This document shows, piece after piece, positions 8,342-20,851 of a stretch of 64,000 nucleotides of DNA. The notes beneath the pieces are model-generated. The model had not been told where the DNA came from. It was given only the letters and a program-made list of their open reading frames with translations, and searched no databases. This DNA is from an uncultured Faecalibacterium sp. (lineage in GTDB: Bacteria; Bacillota; Clostridia; Christensenellales; CAG-917), in NCBI GenBank assembly GCA_964495385.1, contig CAZBVO010000001.1, positions 2,127 to 66,126 on the forward strand, written 5' to 3'. The translations under genes were made by a program, and so were the position numbers. Position 1 is the first letter of the stretch; the number at the start of each line of letters is the position of its first letter.

Positions 8342-9684
8342 TTGCTACCTCCGAAATGCACTTTTTTAGCCCCGCTTTTTCTTATTGAGAGGTTGAAAAT
8401 ATTCTTTCCGCAAAAGAAGTTCTCGGTGCCTGAAAGGAACTTTTCGCTGCCTTCTTTGTCGACAAAACACAAAACCGTCCCTGCAAAACCGCCTCCGTGA
8501 ACACGGCACGCCTTAACTGCCGGGTGACGTTTCAGCACAGCAAGCGCAAGCGGTATATTTTGCGCATATTCGTTAGGATAGCAGTTTTGAAGTTTGTCGT
8601 AACTCGATTGGCCGCTTTCGTTTATCATTTGCAAAAACTTGCTTTCGTCGTTGTTTTTAATTGCGTCTACGGCATCGTCTACCCTGTGATTTTCCTCGAA
8701 AAAGTGCATTGCCCTAAGTATGGAACGCTGAGTGTTGCACTTTGAGGTTCGGGAAGCGACGGCGCTTAGGATAGGATGCTCGCTCCCTAACTTTTGCCCC
8801 GTTTGCTTTTCGGCGTTGAGGCTCATGACCGCACGGTAGAACTCCTCTTCGTCGACTTCTCGCAAAACGTGTTTCCCGAAGCAGGTTGCCACAAACTCCA
8901 TCTCCGAACGAATTGCCGCATAATTATCGGTTAGGTCGCTGTGATCGCCTCCGGTGTTTATGACAACGATGTCCAAATCGTCAAAAGGCAGGTCGTAATT
9001 TTTGACTTGCATCGAAGCAGGATCTTTAAAATCGATGTAAACAACGTCGCCCAAAGCAATGGCCGACTGATCCAAAAGTCCGCACGGTTTGCCGAAATAG
9101 CGATTTTCGGCATACTGGCTTGCAACGGCTTTTTCGACGTCGGTAACTTTGCCGCCGTTGTAAAGGTCGTTTAAAATTTCGGCAACGAGAACCTCAAACG
9201 AAGCACTCGAGGAGACGCCGGCACCTTTCATGACGTCGCTGACCATCGTGGCAACAAAACCGCCGACGTTGTATCCGTGTTCCTTAAACCAATTGCAAAC
9301 GCCTTTTACCAATGCAACACTGGTGCCTCGCTCCTCGTCGCAAGCATCCAATTGATCGAGGCGAACGGTCAGCATAGGATAACCGCCCGACAAAATTTTG
9401 ATGCAATTTGAATCGGTTTTAGTGACGCAGGCCAACGTGTCCAAGCTTATTGCCGCGGCAAGAACCTTGCCGTTGTTGTGGTCGGTATGGTTGCCCAAAA
9501 GCTCGATCCTTCCCGGCGACGAATAAAAATCGGCCGAAGAAACGTCAAAGTTTTTTAAGTGCGACTTAAAAAGATTTGCATACCTTTTTTGCTGCTTTTG
9601 AATATTGTGCCTACTGTACAAACCGTCCACAGCCGAGAAAAATATGTCGTTATTCTCTAAATAAAAGGTCGAATCAATTGCCAT
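8338..9684 (-). CDS. galK: galactokinase-family GHMP sugar kinase
   Basis: 448-aa ORF with PGRIELLGNHTDHNNG (a variant of the GalK GRxNLIGEHTDY signature) and the GHMP motif GAGVSSSASFEV. It is divergent from galT. Confidence 0.75.
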   Translation of the reverse strand: MAIDSTFYLENNDIFFSAVDGLYSRHNIQKQQKRYANLFKSHLKNFDVSSADFYSSPGRIELLGNHTDHNNGKVLAAAISLDTLACVTKTDSNCIKILSGGYPMLTVRLDQLDACDEERGTSVALVKGVCNWFKEHGYNVGGFVATMVSDVMKGAGVSSSASFEVLVAEILNDLYNGGKVTDVEKAVASQYAENRYFGKPCGLLDQSAIALGDVVYIDFKDPASMQVKNYDLPFDDLDIVVINTGGDHSDLTDNYAAIRSEMEFVATCFGKHVLREVDEEEFYRAVMSLNAEKQTGQKLGSEHPILSAVASRTSKCNTQRSILRAMHFFEENHRVDDAVDAIKNNDESKFLQMINESGQSSYDKLQNCYPNEYAQNIPLALAVLKRHPAVKACRVHGGGFAGTVLCFVDKEGSEKFLSGTENFFCGKNIFNLSIRKSGAKKVHFGGSK

Positions 9685-9719
9685 AACAACCCCCGAAGTG
9701 TATAATTATTATCAGTAAA

Positions 9720-9748
9720 ATTATATCACACATATTTTCAAAGAGCAA
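9720..9748 (-). promoter_or_regulatory. candidate promoter for galK-lgt-pncB (TTGCTC-17-TATAAT with TG extension)
   Basis: Complement of 9720-9728 is TGATATAAT. The complement of 9743-9748 is TTGCTC, 17 nt upstream. A GCAAC-N6-GTTGC palindrome (9745-9760) overlaps the -35. Confidence 0.45.
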
Positions 9749-9782
9749 CAATAACGTTGCAAATACTTTAAAAGAGGTTTAT

Positions 9783-11330
9783 ATGCCGAACTCAACCGAC
9801 CAAAACAAAATAGCAATCGCAATATCCGAACTGATGCTGTACGCCGAAGAAAAGCTTTCGCTGGACGCGGACAACAAAATTTACGTCAAAAATCTGTTGC
9901 TGGCCGAACTTAAAGTCACCGAACCGCACGGCGAGGTTTCCTCGCATAGACCGATTCAGCAGATACTTGACGAATTGACCGATTACGCCGTCGCCGAAGG
10001 ACTTACAAACGAACAGGACAAACTGCTGTTTGAAACCAAAATAATGGGCATCGTAACGCCGATGCCAAGCGACGTAATCAAAAAATTCGACGACCTCGCC
10101 GCGGACAAAGGCTCGATGGCGGCAACTTCGTTTTTGTTCGATTTGTCCGTTGCAAACAACTATATCCGCAAGTGCGACATCGACAAAAACATCGGCTGGG
10201 ACGTACCTACCGACAAAGGCACGGTTAAAATCACAATCAACCTTGCCAAGCCCGAAAAGGACCCTAAAGCCGTTTTGGCCGCATCCAAAGCTCCGCAAAC
10301 AAACTACCCTAAATGCCCGCTCTGTCCCGAAAACGTAGGCTGGTGCGGAAATGCCGCAAAACCCGCAAGACAGACTTTAAGGGCCATTCCGCTGTTCTTA
10401 AACAACGAAAAGTGGTGGTTGCAGTTCAGTCCGTACGTTTATTTCGACAACCATTGCATCTGCTTTTCCGACGAACACAGACCGATGAATTTGGACCTGT
10501 CGTCCTTTGTGCGCATGACGGAATTTGTGGATTTGTTCCCTCACTACTTCATCGGAAGCAACGCTCCGTTGCCTATCGTCGGCGGAAGCATTTTGGCTCA
10601 CGACCACTACCAAGGCGGCGCAAAGGTTTTGCCTGAAATGCACACCGCTACTCGCAAAAAATTTGTTCATCCGGATTTTGAAGGGGCTACCGCAGGCATT
10701 GCCGGCTGGTTCAACAGCGTGGTTCGTATCGAAAGCAATAGCGCCGACACCGCCGCAAAACTGGCCAATCACGTTTTGGAAAAATGGCAAAAATACTCGG
10801 ACAAAAGCGTGGACGTCGTTTCGCACACCGACAACGTTTTGCACAACACCGTAACCCCTGTTGCCTTAAAAACCGATGACGGAAAATATCGCTTTGACCT
10901 TATTCTCCGCAACAATCGCACCGACGAAAAACATCCGTACGGCATTTTCCACCCTACGGAGGATATGCACAACATCAAAAAAGAGGCAATCGGCATAATT
11001 GAAGTTATGGGCCTGTTTATTCTTCCGGGCCGACTCAGCCGCGAAGCTCACGAAATCCGCAAATACCTGACCGGCGAAACACCTTTGGATTTTAAGGCCC
11101 TGTCCGATCCGTCCAATCCTCTTTCTAAGCACGTCGGCATGATTGCTCAGCTCGCCAACGACCACGGAATCAATATGGAACCCGACCAAGCAGGCGACGT
11201 CATAACCGACTACATCAACAAAACCTGCATCAAAATTTTGGAAACCACCGCAGTGTTTAAAAACAACGAAAAAGGCCAAAAAGCATTTGACAAATTTATG
11301 GCAAAATGCGGCTTCGAAGCCATGGACTGA
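9783..11330 (+). CDS. galT: UDP-glucose--hexose-1-phosphate uridylyltransferase (GalT, long Firmicute type 2 form)
   Basis: 515-aa ORF. Its length and motifs (CPLCPEN..., HDHYQGG) fit the ~500-aa GalT family 2. RBS is AAGAGG upstream of the ATG. Confidence 0.88.
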   Translation: MPNSTDQNKIAIAISELMLYAEEKLSLDADNKIYVKNLLLAELKVTEPHGEVSSHRPIQQILDELTDYAVAEGLTNEQDKLLFETKIMGIVTPMPSDVIKKFDDLAADKGSMAATSFLFDLSVANNYIRKCDIDKNIGWDVPTDKGTVKITINLAKPEKDPKAVLAASKAPQTNYPKCPLCPENVGWCGNAAKPARQTLRAIPLFLNNEKWWLQFSPYVYFDNHCICFSDEHRPMNLDLSSFVRMTEFVDLFPHYFIGSNAPLPIVGGSILAHDHYQGGAKVLPEMHTATRKKFVHPDFEGATAGIAGWFNSVVRIESNSADTAAKLANHVLEKWQKYSDKSVDVVSHTDNVLHNTVTPVALKTDDGKYRFDLILRNNRTDEKHPYGIFHPTEDMHNIKKEAIGIIEVMGLFILPGRLSREAHEIRKYLTGETPLDFKALSDPSNPLSKHVGMIAQLANDHGINMEPDQAGDVITDYINKTCIKILETTAVFKNNEKGQKAFDKFMAKCGFEAMD

Positions 11331-11348
11331 CCGTTTAACAAACAAAAT

Positions 11349-11382
11349 AACGCCGCCCCATCAAGGAGCGGCGTTTGTTTTT
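11349..11382. terminator. terminator hairpin between the convergent galT and lacZ genes (usable in both directions)
   Basis: Stem AACGCCGC (11349-11356) / GCGGCGTT (11368-11375). TGTTTTT follows on the plus strand and TATTTTGTTTG follows on the minus strand. Confidence 0.65.
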
Positions 11383-11388
11383 AGTTCG

Positions 11389-11408
11389 ACTGCCTGAGGC
11401 AGTTTTTT

Positions 11409-11410
<2 letters not shown>
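11389..11410 (+). terminator. second plus-strand terminator hairpin after galT
   Basis: ACTGCC-tga-GGCAGT is followed by an 8-T run that runs into the lacZ stop codon. Confidence 0.55.
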
Positions 11411-15214
<3,804 letters not shown>

Positions 15215-15215
15215 T

Positions 15216-15986
15216 TTACAAAATCTCCTTGTTGTACGGATTTTTTTGGGCGGTTGCGGTTGCCGTTTCGACAACTCCCGACAAAAGCCCTTCAAATATT
15301 TTCACGAAGCTTATTTCGCTTGCAAAGTGACTGGTTTCTATTATTTTGAAACCCGCCGATTTTGCCGCTACGGCAACGTGATGTTTAAGTTCGGCAGTGA
15401 TATACACGTCCGCACCTTTTTTTATTGCCATGTTTACGTCTTCGGTGTCGCCTGCGGCTCCGGATACCGTGGCCACACACCTAACTTTGTCCGAAAGATT
15501 GCCGATGCTTCTGACGTTTTCGTCCGAAATTTCGCCGACTTTTTTGACAAGTTCGCCAAACGTCGTTTCCTCGACGTTTCCCACCGCACCGAAACCGTTT
15601 TCGAAAAGAGGTTCGATGCCTACCGCCCCGAGGTCCGCAAGAAGCCTGTGGCTCATTCCGTGCGCCATTGCGTCGACGTTGGTATGTGCCGCATAAACGC
15701 CTATGCCTGCCCTTATGGCCTTGGTCAAAGCATCTACGGTCGGGTAATCCGACGTAAATTTTTTGATGCCGTTCCAAATCACGGGATGATGACTCAAAAT
15801 AAAATCACACCCTTTTTCGACGGCTTCGTCCACCACTTCGGGCGTAACGTCCAATGTGATGAGAACCTTTTTTATTTCGTCCGACGCTCCGCCCACCAAA
15901 AGTCCCGGATTGTCATACGGCAACGCCGTATCCAACGGTGCAAGCGCTTCGATGTAGTCGGTAAATTGCTTAACTTTCATTTTCAA
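15216..15986 (-). CDS. Nif3-like dinuclear metal centre protein
   Basis: 256-aa ORF with the SHHP, AAHTNVD and ITAELKHH motifs of the NIF3/YqfO family. It follows trmK in the sigA operon. Confidence 0.88.
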   Translation of the reverse strand: MKMKVKQFTDYIEALAPLDTALPYDNPGLLVGGASDEIKKVLITLDVTPEVVDEAVEKGCDFILSHHPVIWNGIKKFTSDYPTVDALTKAIRAGIGVYAAHTNVDAMAHGMSHRLLADLGAVGIEPLFENGFGAVGNVEETTFGELVKKVGEISDENVRSIGNLSDKVRCVATVSGAAGDTEDVNMAIKKGADVYITAELKHHVAVAAKSAGFKIIETSHFASEISFVKIFEGLLSGVVETATATAQKNPYNKEIL

Positions 15987-16617
15987 GTTCCTCTATAAGT
16001 TTCAAACGCTCCGAAAGCTCGGATTCCCGTTGCTCGTTTACTTTGCCGAGAAGCGAAAGAATTTTTGTTTTTTCGTGAAGCAAATATTCCTTTGCGTCGC
16101 CCTCGTCGGTTTTTCCGAATTCAAGTTGAGCCTTCGAGTAGTCGTTTGCGGTTTTTTCGCCGTCGCCGGCCACGATTATTCTGTAAAACTTGCCCTTCGA
16201 AACTACGGGATAATCACGCTGAATCACTATTCCGTTTTTTATGACCGCCGCCCTAAGCTCGGCCTCGGAAGAATGCGGACACAAAACGTACTTTTTAAAA
16301 TTCAGTTTCCCGAGCATGCCGGCAATTTCCATGCCGCCCATTCCGGCAACCACCAGAGTGTCCGCCTCGCCGTCTGTAAGAACCGAAACGCCGTCGCCCA
16401 CCCTGAAATCGATCATGTCGTCCACTCCTGCCCGTTCGGCAAGTTCGACGGCCTTTCTCAAACTCGGTGCGGAAATATCCGTCGCTATCACGGGGTTGCC
16501 CGTAATTTTAACCGCCGCCACCGAAATTTTGCCGTGATCGCAACCGACGTCGGCCACGAAATCGCCTTCTTTCAGGTTGGCCGCAATTTCCGAAAGACGT
16601 CTGTCGAGTCCGTTCAT
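15970..16617 (-). CDS. trmK: tRNA (adenine22-N1)-methyltransferase TrmK-like
   Basis: 215-aa ORF with the DVGCDHGK SAM-binding start and AGMGG motif. It occupies the conserved position after sigA. Confidence 0.8.
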   Translation of the reverse strand: MNGLDRRLSEIAANLKEGDFVADVGCDHGKISVAAVKITGNPVIATDISAPSLRKAVELAERAGVDDMIDFRVGDGVSVLTDGEADTLVVAGMGGMEIAGMLGKLNFKKYVLCPHSSEAELRAAVIKNGIVIQRDYPVVSKGKFYRIIVAGDGEKTANDYSKAQLEFGKTDEGDAKEYLLHEKTKILSLLGKVNEQRESELSERLKLIEELENES

Positions 16618-17672
16618 TATTGATAGTCCTTAAGATGCTTTATGCGGTTCGGATGGCGAAGTTTTCTGAGTGCTTTCGCCTCGATTTGACGGATACGTTC
16701 ACGGGTAACGTTAAACTCTTTTCCGACTTCTTCAAGCGTCCTCGGATGACCGTCGTCAAGGCCGTAACGCAAGCGCAAAACCTTTTCTTCGCGCGGCGTA
16801 AGGGTGTTGAGAACCCTGACCAGCTGTTCCTTCAAAAGTTGACTTTCGGTGACTTCGACAGGGCTTAAAGCGCCTCTGTCTTCGACGAAATCGCCAAGGT
16901 GGCTGTCTTCTTCCTCGCCGATAGGCGTTTCGAGCGAAACAGGATCTTGCGCTATTTTTTGAATTTCACGCACCCTTTCTTCGCTGCAACCGAGATATTC
17001 CGCTATTTCGGCAGGAGTCGGTTCTCTGCCCAGCTTTTGCAAAAGTTGACGGGTTGCACGAACCTGCTTGTTGATTGTTTCAACCATATGTACCGGAATA
17101 CGGATTGTGCGTCCCTGATCCGCAATGGCACGGGTGATGGCCTGACGAATCCACCAGGTGGCATAAGTGCTGAACTTAAAACCTTTGGTGTAGTCAAACT
17201 TTTCGACGGCCTTCATAAGCCCCATGTTTCCTTCCTGAATGAGGTCCAAAAAATGCAAATTTCTGCCAACGTAACGTTTTGCGAGGTTGACTACCAGACG
17301 GAGGTTTGCTTCCGACAGTTTTGCTTTTGCCTCTTCGTCGCCTGCTTCCATGCGCTTTGCAAGCTCGATTTCTTCCTCCTTGGTCAACAGCGGAACCTTG
17401 CCGATGTCTTTCAAATAAACCTTTACAGAGTCGTCGACGTTTGCCTCGCTCATGATTTTTTCAACCAATTCGGCATCGTTGACCGGTTCGTCCTCTTTTA
17501 TCGACACGCCTGCGGCTTCCAAAGCTTTGAAAACCGTTTCCATATCCTCTGCGGTGGAATTCAAATGCTCGAGGCGAGCCATAATTTCGTCTTCGGTCAC
17601 CGTTCCTTTTTGCTTGCCCAAGGTTATAAGTTTGTCTATTTCAACCTGAAGCGGCGTTGCTTTATTGTCCAT
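16617..17672 (-). CDS. rpoD: primary RNA polymerase sigma factor (SigA/RpoD)
   Basis: 351-aa ORF with region 2 ([17 protein letters not shown]) and region 4 ([28 protein letters not shown]). It follows dnaG. Confidence 0.96.
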   Translation of the reverse strand: MDNKATPLQVEIDKLITLGKQKGTVTEDEIMARLEHLNSTAEDMETVFKALEAAGVSIKEDEPVNDAELVEKIMSEANVDDSVKVYLKDIGKVPLLTKEEEIELAKRMEAGDEEAKAKLSEANLRLVVNLAKRYVGRNLHFLDLIQEGNMGLMKAVEKFDYTKGFKFSTYATWWIRQAITRAIADQGRTIRIPVHMVETINKQVRATRQLLQKLGREPTPAEIAEYLGCSEERVREIQKIAQDPVSLETPIGEEEDSHLGDFVEDRGALSPVEVTESQLLKEQLVRVLNTLTPREEKVLRLRYGLDDGHPRTLEEVGKEFNVTRERIRQIEAKALRKLRHPNRIKHLKDYQ

Positions 17673-17674
17673 AT

Positions 17675-19498
17675 CTACCTCCCGGACGTCTGATTTTTTC
17701 TTATAAGTTGTTGGTATTTCTTTATTTCTTCGGCGATTGCCGTCTTTTTGCCGTCGTCGGCAGTCGAATACTCGGCCAGCAATCCCTTGACGATTTTGTT
17801 GTAATGTTCCTTTTTCAGTTTGTAAACGCAGTCGCCGTAAACACGCTTTGCCGACAAGTCGTCCATGGCGCCGAAATCGCCGTGAATGATTTCCAAAATG
17901 TCGTCGGTTCGCTCCATAAAGTCAAACAGCATGCCCGGAACGGGCGCCGAACCCGATTCGTCGGCAACTTTAAGATAGTCGTAAACTTCTTTGTGCGGAC
18001 CGAACACAAACCAATCCTTCTCGACTTCCGACAGCTTTGCAAACGGTTTTGCGTAAAGCAGGCATTTTAAAACAAATTCTGCCGACTGCATATACGGTCC
18101 CGTCGGTTTGTCCTCTGTAGGCTTGTCCGCTTCGTCCGAAATTTTGAGCGGCTGTTTAGGCGGCTCCTCGCGTTTTGCGGACACAAGTTCCAGTTCGCCG
18201 GAAAAATATTTTCTGAGCTGTTCGGCAGGTATTCTGCTCTTTTCGGAAACCACCCCGAAGTAAACCTCACGTTCGGCAGGGTTCGACAAAGTTTTCAGAA
18301 CTTCTATCGCACCCGTGGCATATTTTGCCCTTCCGTTTGCCGACGCCATGTTGCAACCGTTTTCAACCAGTTTGAGTTTGTAGTCGGTCAGAGGCAAAGC
18401 CTTTTCCATAAGGTCGAAAAAGCCCTTTTGACCAAGTTTGTTGGCAACGTCGTCGGGATCCATTCCGTCCGTCAGCGTTACGACAAAAATCTCCAACCCC
18501 GCCTTTTCCAAAACTTCCAAACTTTTTGCGGCGGCATTCTGCCCGGCTCCGTCGCCGTCATAGCAGACGTAAACTCGGTCGGAAAGATACTTAAGCTCTC
18601 GGGCTTGTCCGTCACAAAGTGCGGTGCCCATGCCGGCAACGGCATTTGCTATGCCCACCTTGTTCAGGCTTATTACGTCCATGTATCCTTCGACGATGAT
18701 AACTTCGCCGATTCCCGATTTTTGACGCTGCTTTTTGGCTATGTTGATGCCGAACAACGTTTTGTTTTTTTCAAATACAGGCGTGTTTGTGGTGTTTCGA
18801 TACTTTGCCACGCCGTCCTTTTTTTCAAGTATTCTGCCGCCGAAAGCAACCACTTTGTCGCTGCGGTTTATTATCGGCACGATAAGCCTGTCGGCCAATG
18901 CGTCGTAAAGCGAACCGTTTTTGTTTTTTGTTCCGACGCCCGACTCCAAAATCTCCCTGTCGCTAAAGCCCTTGGACCGCAAATAGTCGATGACGGAATT
19001 GAAATCCTTGCTGTAGCCGAGACCAAAACGAACCACTACGTCGGACGGAATGCGCCTCTTTGCCAAATAGTCCCTCGCCTTTTTGCCCACCTGAGGATCG
19101 GCAAGATTGCGATAATAATGCCCCGCCGCTTCTTTTAAAGCTTCGTACAGTCTGTCGCGTTTTTTCTTTTCGTTCATTATGGCTTCGCTTTGTTCGGTTT
19201 CCGGAACTTGCATGCCTGCCGCATCGGCAAGCAATTTTACCGCCTCCGGGAAGCCGACGTTTTCCATTTCCTGCACGAATTTAACTACGTCGCCGCCGAC
19301 GTGACAACCGAAACAATAGTAAAAACCCTCCCTCTGGTTCACCGTGAACGAAGGAGTTTTTTCGTGATGAAACGGACAGCATCCCCAATATCTTCCGCCC
19401 TTGTAGTCCAATCGAACGTAGCGAGAAACAACGGAGACGATGTCGTTTTTCGATTTAAGTTCGGCCATCCAATCTAAAGGATATCCTTCCCTTGCCAT
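17675..19498 (-). CDS. dnaG: DNA primase
   Basis: Zinc finger [12 protein letters not shown]...CFGC and a Toprim EGYMDV motif. The start is set at MAREGYP (ATG 19496-19498) with a GAGGTG RBS. The track start at 19576 lacks an RBS. Confidence 0.93.
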   Translation of the reverse strand: MAREGYPLDWMAELKSKNDIVSVVSRYVRLDYKGGRYWGCCPFHHEKTPSFTVNQREGFYYCFGCHVGGDVVKFVQEMENVGFPEAVKLLADAAGMQVPETEQSEAIMNEKKKRDRLYEALKEAAGHYYRNLADPQVGKKARDYLAKRRIPSDVVVRFGLGYSKDFNSVIDYLRSKGFSDREILESGVGTKNKNGSLYDALADRLIVPIINRSDKVVAFGGRILEKKDGVAKYRNTTNTPVFEKNKTLFGINIAKKQRQKSGIGEVIIVEGYMDVISLNKVGIANAVAGMGTALCDGQARELKYLSDRVYVCYDGDGAGQNAAAKSLEVLEKAGLEIFVVTLTDGMDPDDVANKLGQKGFFDLMEKALPLTDYKLKLVENGCNMASANGRAKYATGAIEVLKTLSNPAEREVYFGVVSEKSRIPAEQLRKYFSGELELVSAKREEPPKQPLKISDEADKPTEDKPTGPYMQSAEFVLKCLLYAKPFAKLSEVEKDWFVFGPHKEVYDYLKVADESGSAPVPGMLFDFMERTDDILEIIHGDFGAMDDLSAKRVYGDCVYKLKKEHYNKIVKGLLAEYSTADDGKKTAIAEEIKKYQQLIRKNQTSGR

Positions 19499-19711
19499 TT
19501 GCACCTCGAAAATCTTGCTAATAATATCTACGATATAAAAAGTAATTTTCCTTATATATTCAAAAATTTTTTGCAATTTTTTCGTTTTTTGCGATTTTTT
19601 TGAAAACTATTCTACATTTTGCGGCTTTTGCATAATACTTTTTGAAACATTTCCCTACAAAGTGGCCACTTTACCCCTGTTTTGGCAAAAATATCCGACT
19701 TGCAAACGCAA

Positions 19712-19739
19712 CAAAAAACAGCCGCATGAAAACGGCTGT
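19712..19739 (-). terminator. terminator after the nucleotidyltransferase gene
   Basis: ACAGCCG (19718-19724) / CGGCTGT (19733-19739), followed on the minus strand by TTTTTTG. Confidence 0.6.
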
Positions 19740-19769
19740 TTAGGCTTTTTTAAACCGATATTTAAACTT

Positions 19770-20519
19770 TCACAACAAATCGGCAAACAACTTGTTTAAG
19801 CTTTCCCAATCCTTTTCGTGCCTGTACGGCTGATTTTTTATTTGCTCTTCGATTTCGGCCATGGCCTTTTCGAAATATTTGTCTACCCTGTCAAAGCGTT
19901 TGACTTCGGCGATTTCCCGAGCGTTTGTTTTTAGGTCAAGCATTTTAAGCACGTCGGGTTTAATGTCCTCGTCCAAGTATTTGTCGGCCAACGTCTTAAA
20001 AAGCATAGGAGGCGGCGTGCCTTCGGCCATTATCCACTTGCAGGCAAGTATCGGCCTAAGCACGTAAAAGTATTTTTTCAGCTTTACCGTTTCGCCTTTA
20101 AAATACTCCTTATAGTTTGCTTTGGCGGTGCTTAAATAATGATAAAGTCCCGACCTCGACACAAAATAACCGTCGATAGTTTTAGATATTTTCTCCCACT
20201 CTTTTGTGGTTTTGTAAACGATTGGCGACGAGTTCCATTCAAAAACCGTCGGGTTTGATTTATACAACAACTGCAACGCCTTTTTGATGTCCCAGCCGTT
20301 GATGTCCAAAGTTTCGTCCAACTGCCACTCGATGACGTCGCGAGTTTTGTCCAGCCTTAAATAAAATTCCTCGGGACGGACGTAAAAAAATCTGACGTCG
20401 TAGTCGCTGTCCGGCGAAGCAAAACCCCATGCCCTGCTGCCCGATTCGACACAATGCAAAATTTTTACGTTCTCTTTTTGTTCTATTTCGTTAAGCTTTT
20501 CTATAATTACGTCTTTCAT
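19770..20519 (-). CDS. stand-alone pol-beta-superfamily nucleotidyltransferase (PF10127/RlaP-like, as recalled)
   Basis: 249-aa ORF with the GSRAWGFASPDSDYDVR NTase signature (GS...DxD). It is monocistronic and flanked by AT-rich spacers and terminators. Confidence 0.7.
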   Translation of the reverse strand: MKDVIIEKLNEIEQKENVKILHCVESGSRAWGFASPDSDYDVRFFYVRPEEFYLRLDKTRDVIEWQLDETLDINGWDIKKALQLLYKSNPTVFEWNSSPIVYKTTKEWEKISKTIDGYFVSRSGLYHYLSTAKANYKEYFKGETVKLKKYFYVLRPILACKWIMAEGTPPPMLFKTLADKYLDEDIKPDVLKMLDLKTNAREIAEVKRFDRVDKYFEKAMAEIEEQIKNQPYRHEKDWESLNKLFADLL

Positions 20520-20595
20520 ATTGCCACCGTGTGTTTATGTTGCTATGAATAGGATGACACAAAAACGAGCAAATGTAAAGTGTCAACCGCAAAAC

Positions 20596-20613
20596 TGTCA
20601 AAACTTTTTGACA
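20596..20613. promoter_or_regulatory. perfect 18-bp palindrome TGTCAAAA-CT-TTTTGACA upstream of the nucleotidyltransferase gene
   Basis: The 8-bp arms are exact reverse complements. Another TGTCAA lies at 20581-20586. The site is 77-94 bp upstream of the ATG at 20519. It could be an operator or back-to-back -35 boxes. Confidence 0.4.
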
Positions 20614-20629
20614 AACGGTCAATTTAAAC

Positions 20630-20659
20630 ACAAAAAGAGTCTGCACTTTTGCACAGACT
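20630..20659 (-). terminator. second (distal) terminator-like hairpin downstream of ppdK
   Basis: AGTCTGCA (20638-20645) / TGCACAGACT (20650-20659) with a 2-nt bulge. It is flanked by A5 and T4-5 runs, so it is bidirectional in form. Confidence 0.45.
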
Positions 20660-20793
20660 TTTTAAATTATTGTTATTTAGTTCTATCCTTCCCGATATGC
20701 TTTTAGCAACACGGTGGATGCGGAAAAGTGCAACTTTTGAGAAACTGCTCCTCTTTTGTTGACATAATTTTGGCCGAGTCCGAAATTTTAGGA

Positions 20794-20830
20794 GAAAAAA
20801 AGTAGTCACTCTACTTAAAGAATGACTACT
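20794..20830 (-). terminator. rho-independent terminator after ppdK
   Basis: AGTAGTCA (20801-20808) / TGACTACT (20823-20830), followed on the minus strand by a 7-T run (20794-20800). It lies 22 nt after the ppdK stop. Confidence 0.7.
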
Positions 20831-20851
20831 TAGAAGTTGTTTTATTAAACC

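Noticed and set aside
9745-9760. GCAAC-N6-GTTGC palindrome, considered as a catabolite-responsive element (cre) or GalR operator.
   Set aside because: It does not fit the cre consensus TGWNANCGNTNWCA when aligned on the central CG. The arms are only 5 bp. It is kept only as a weak operator candidate.
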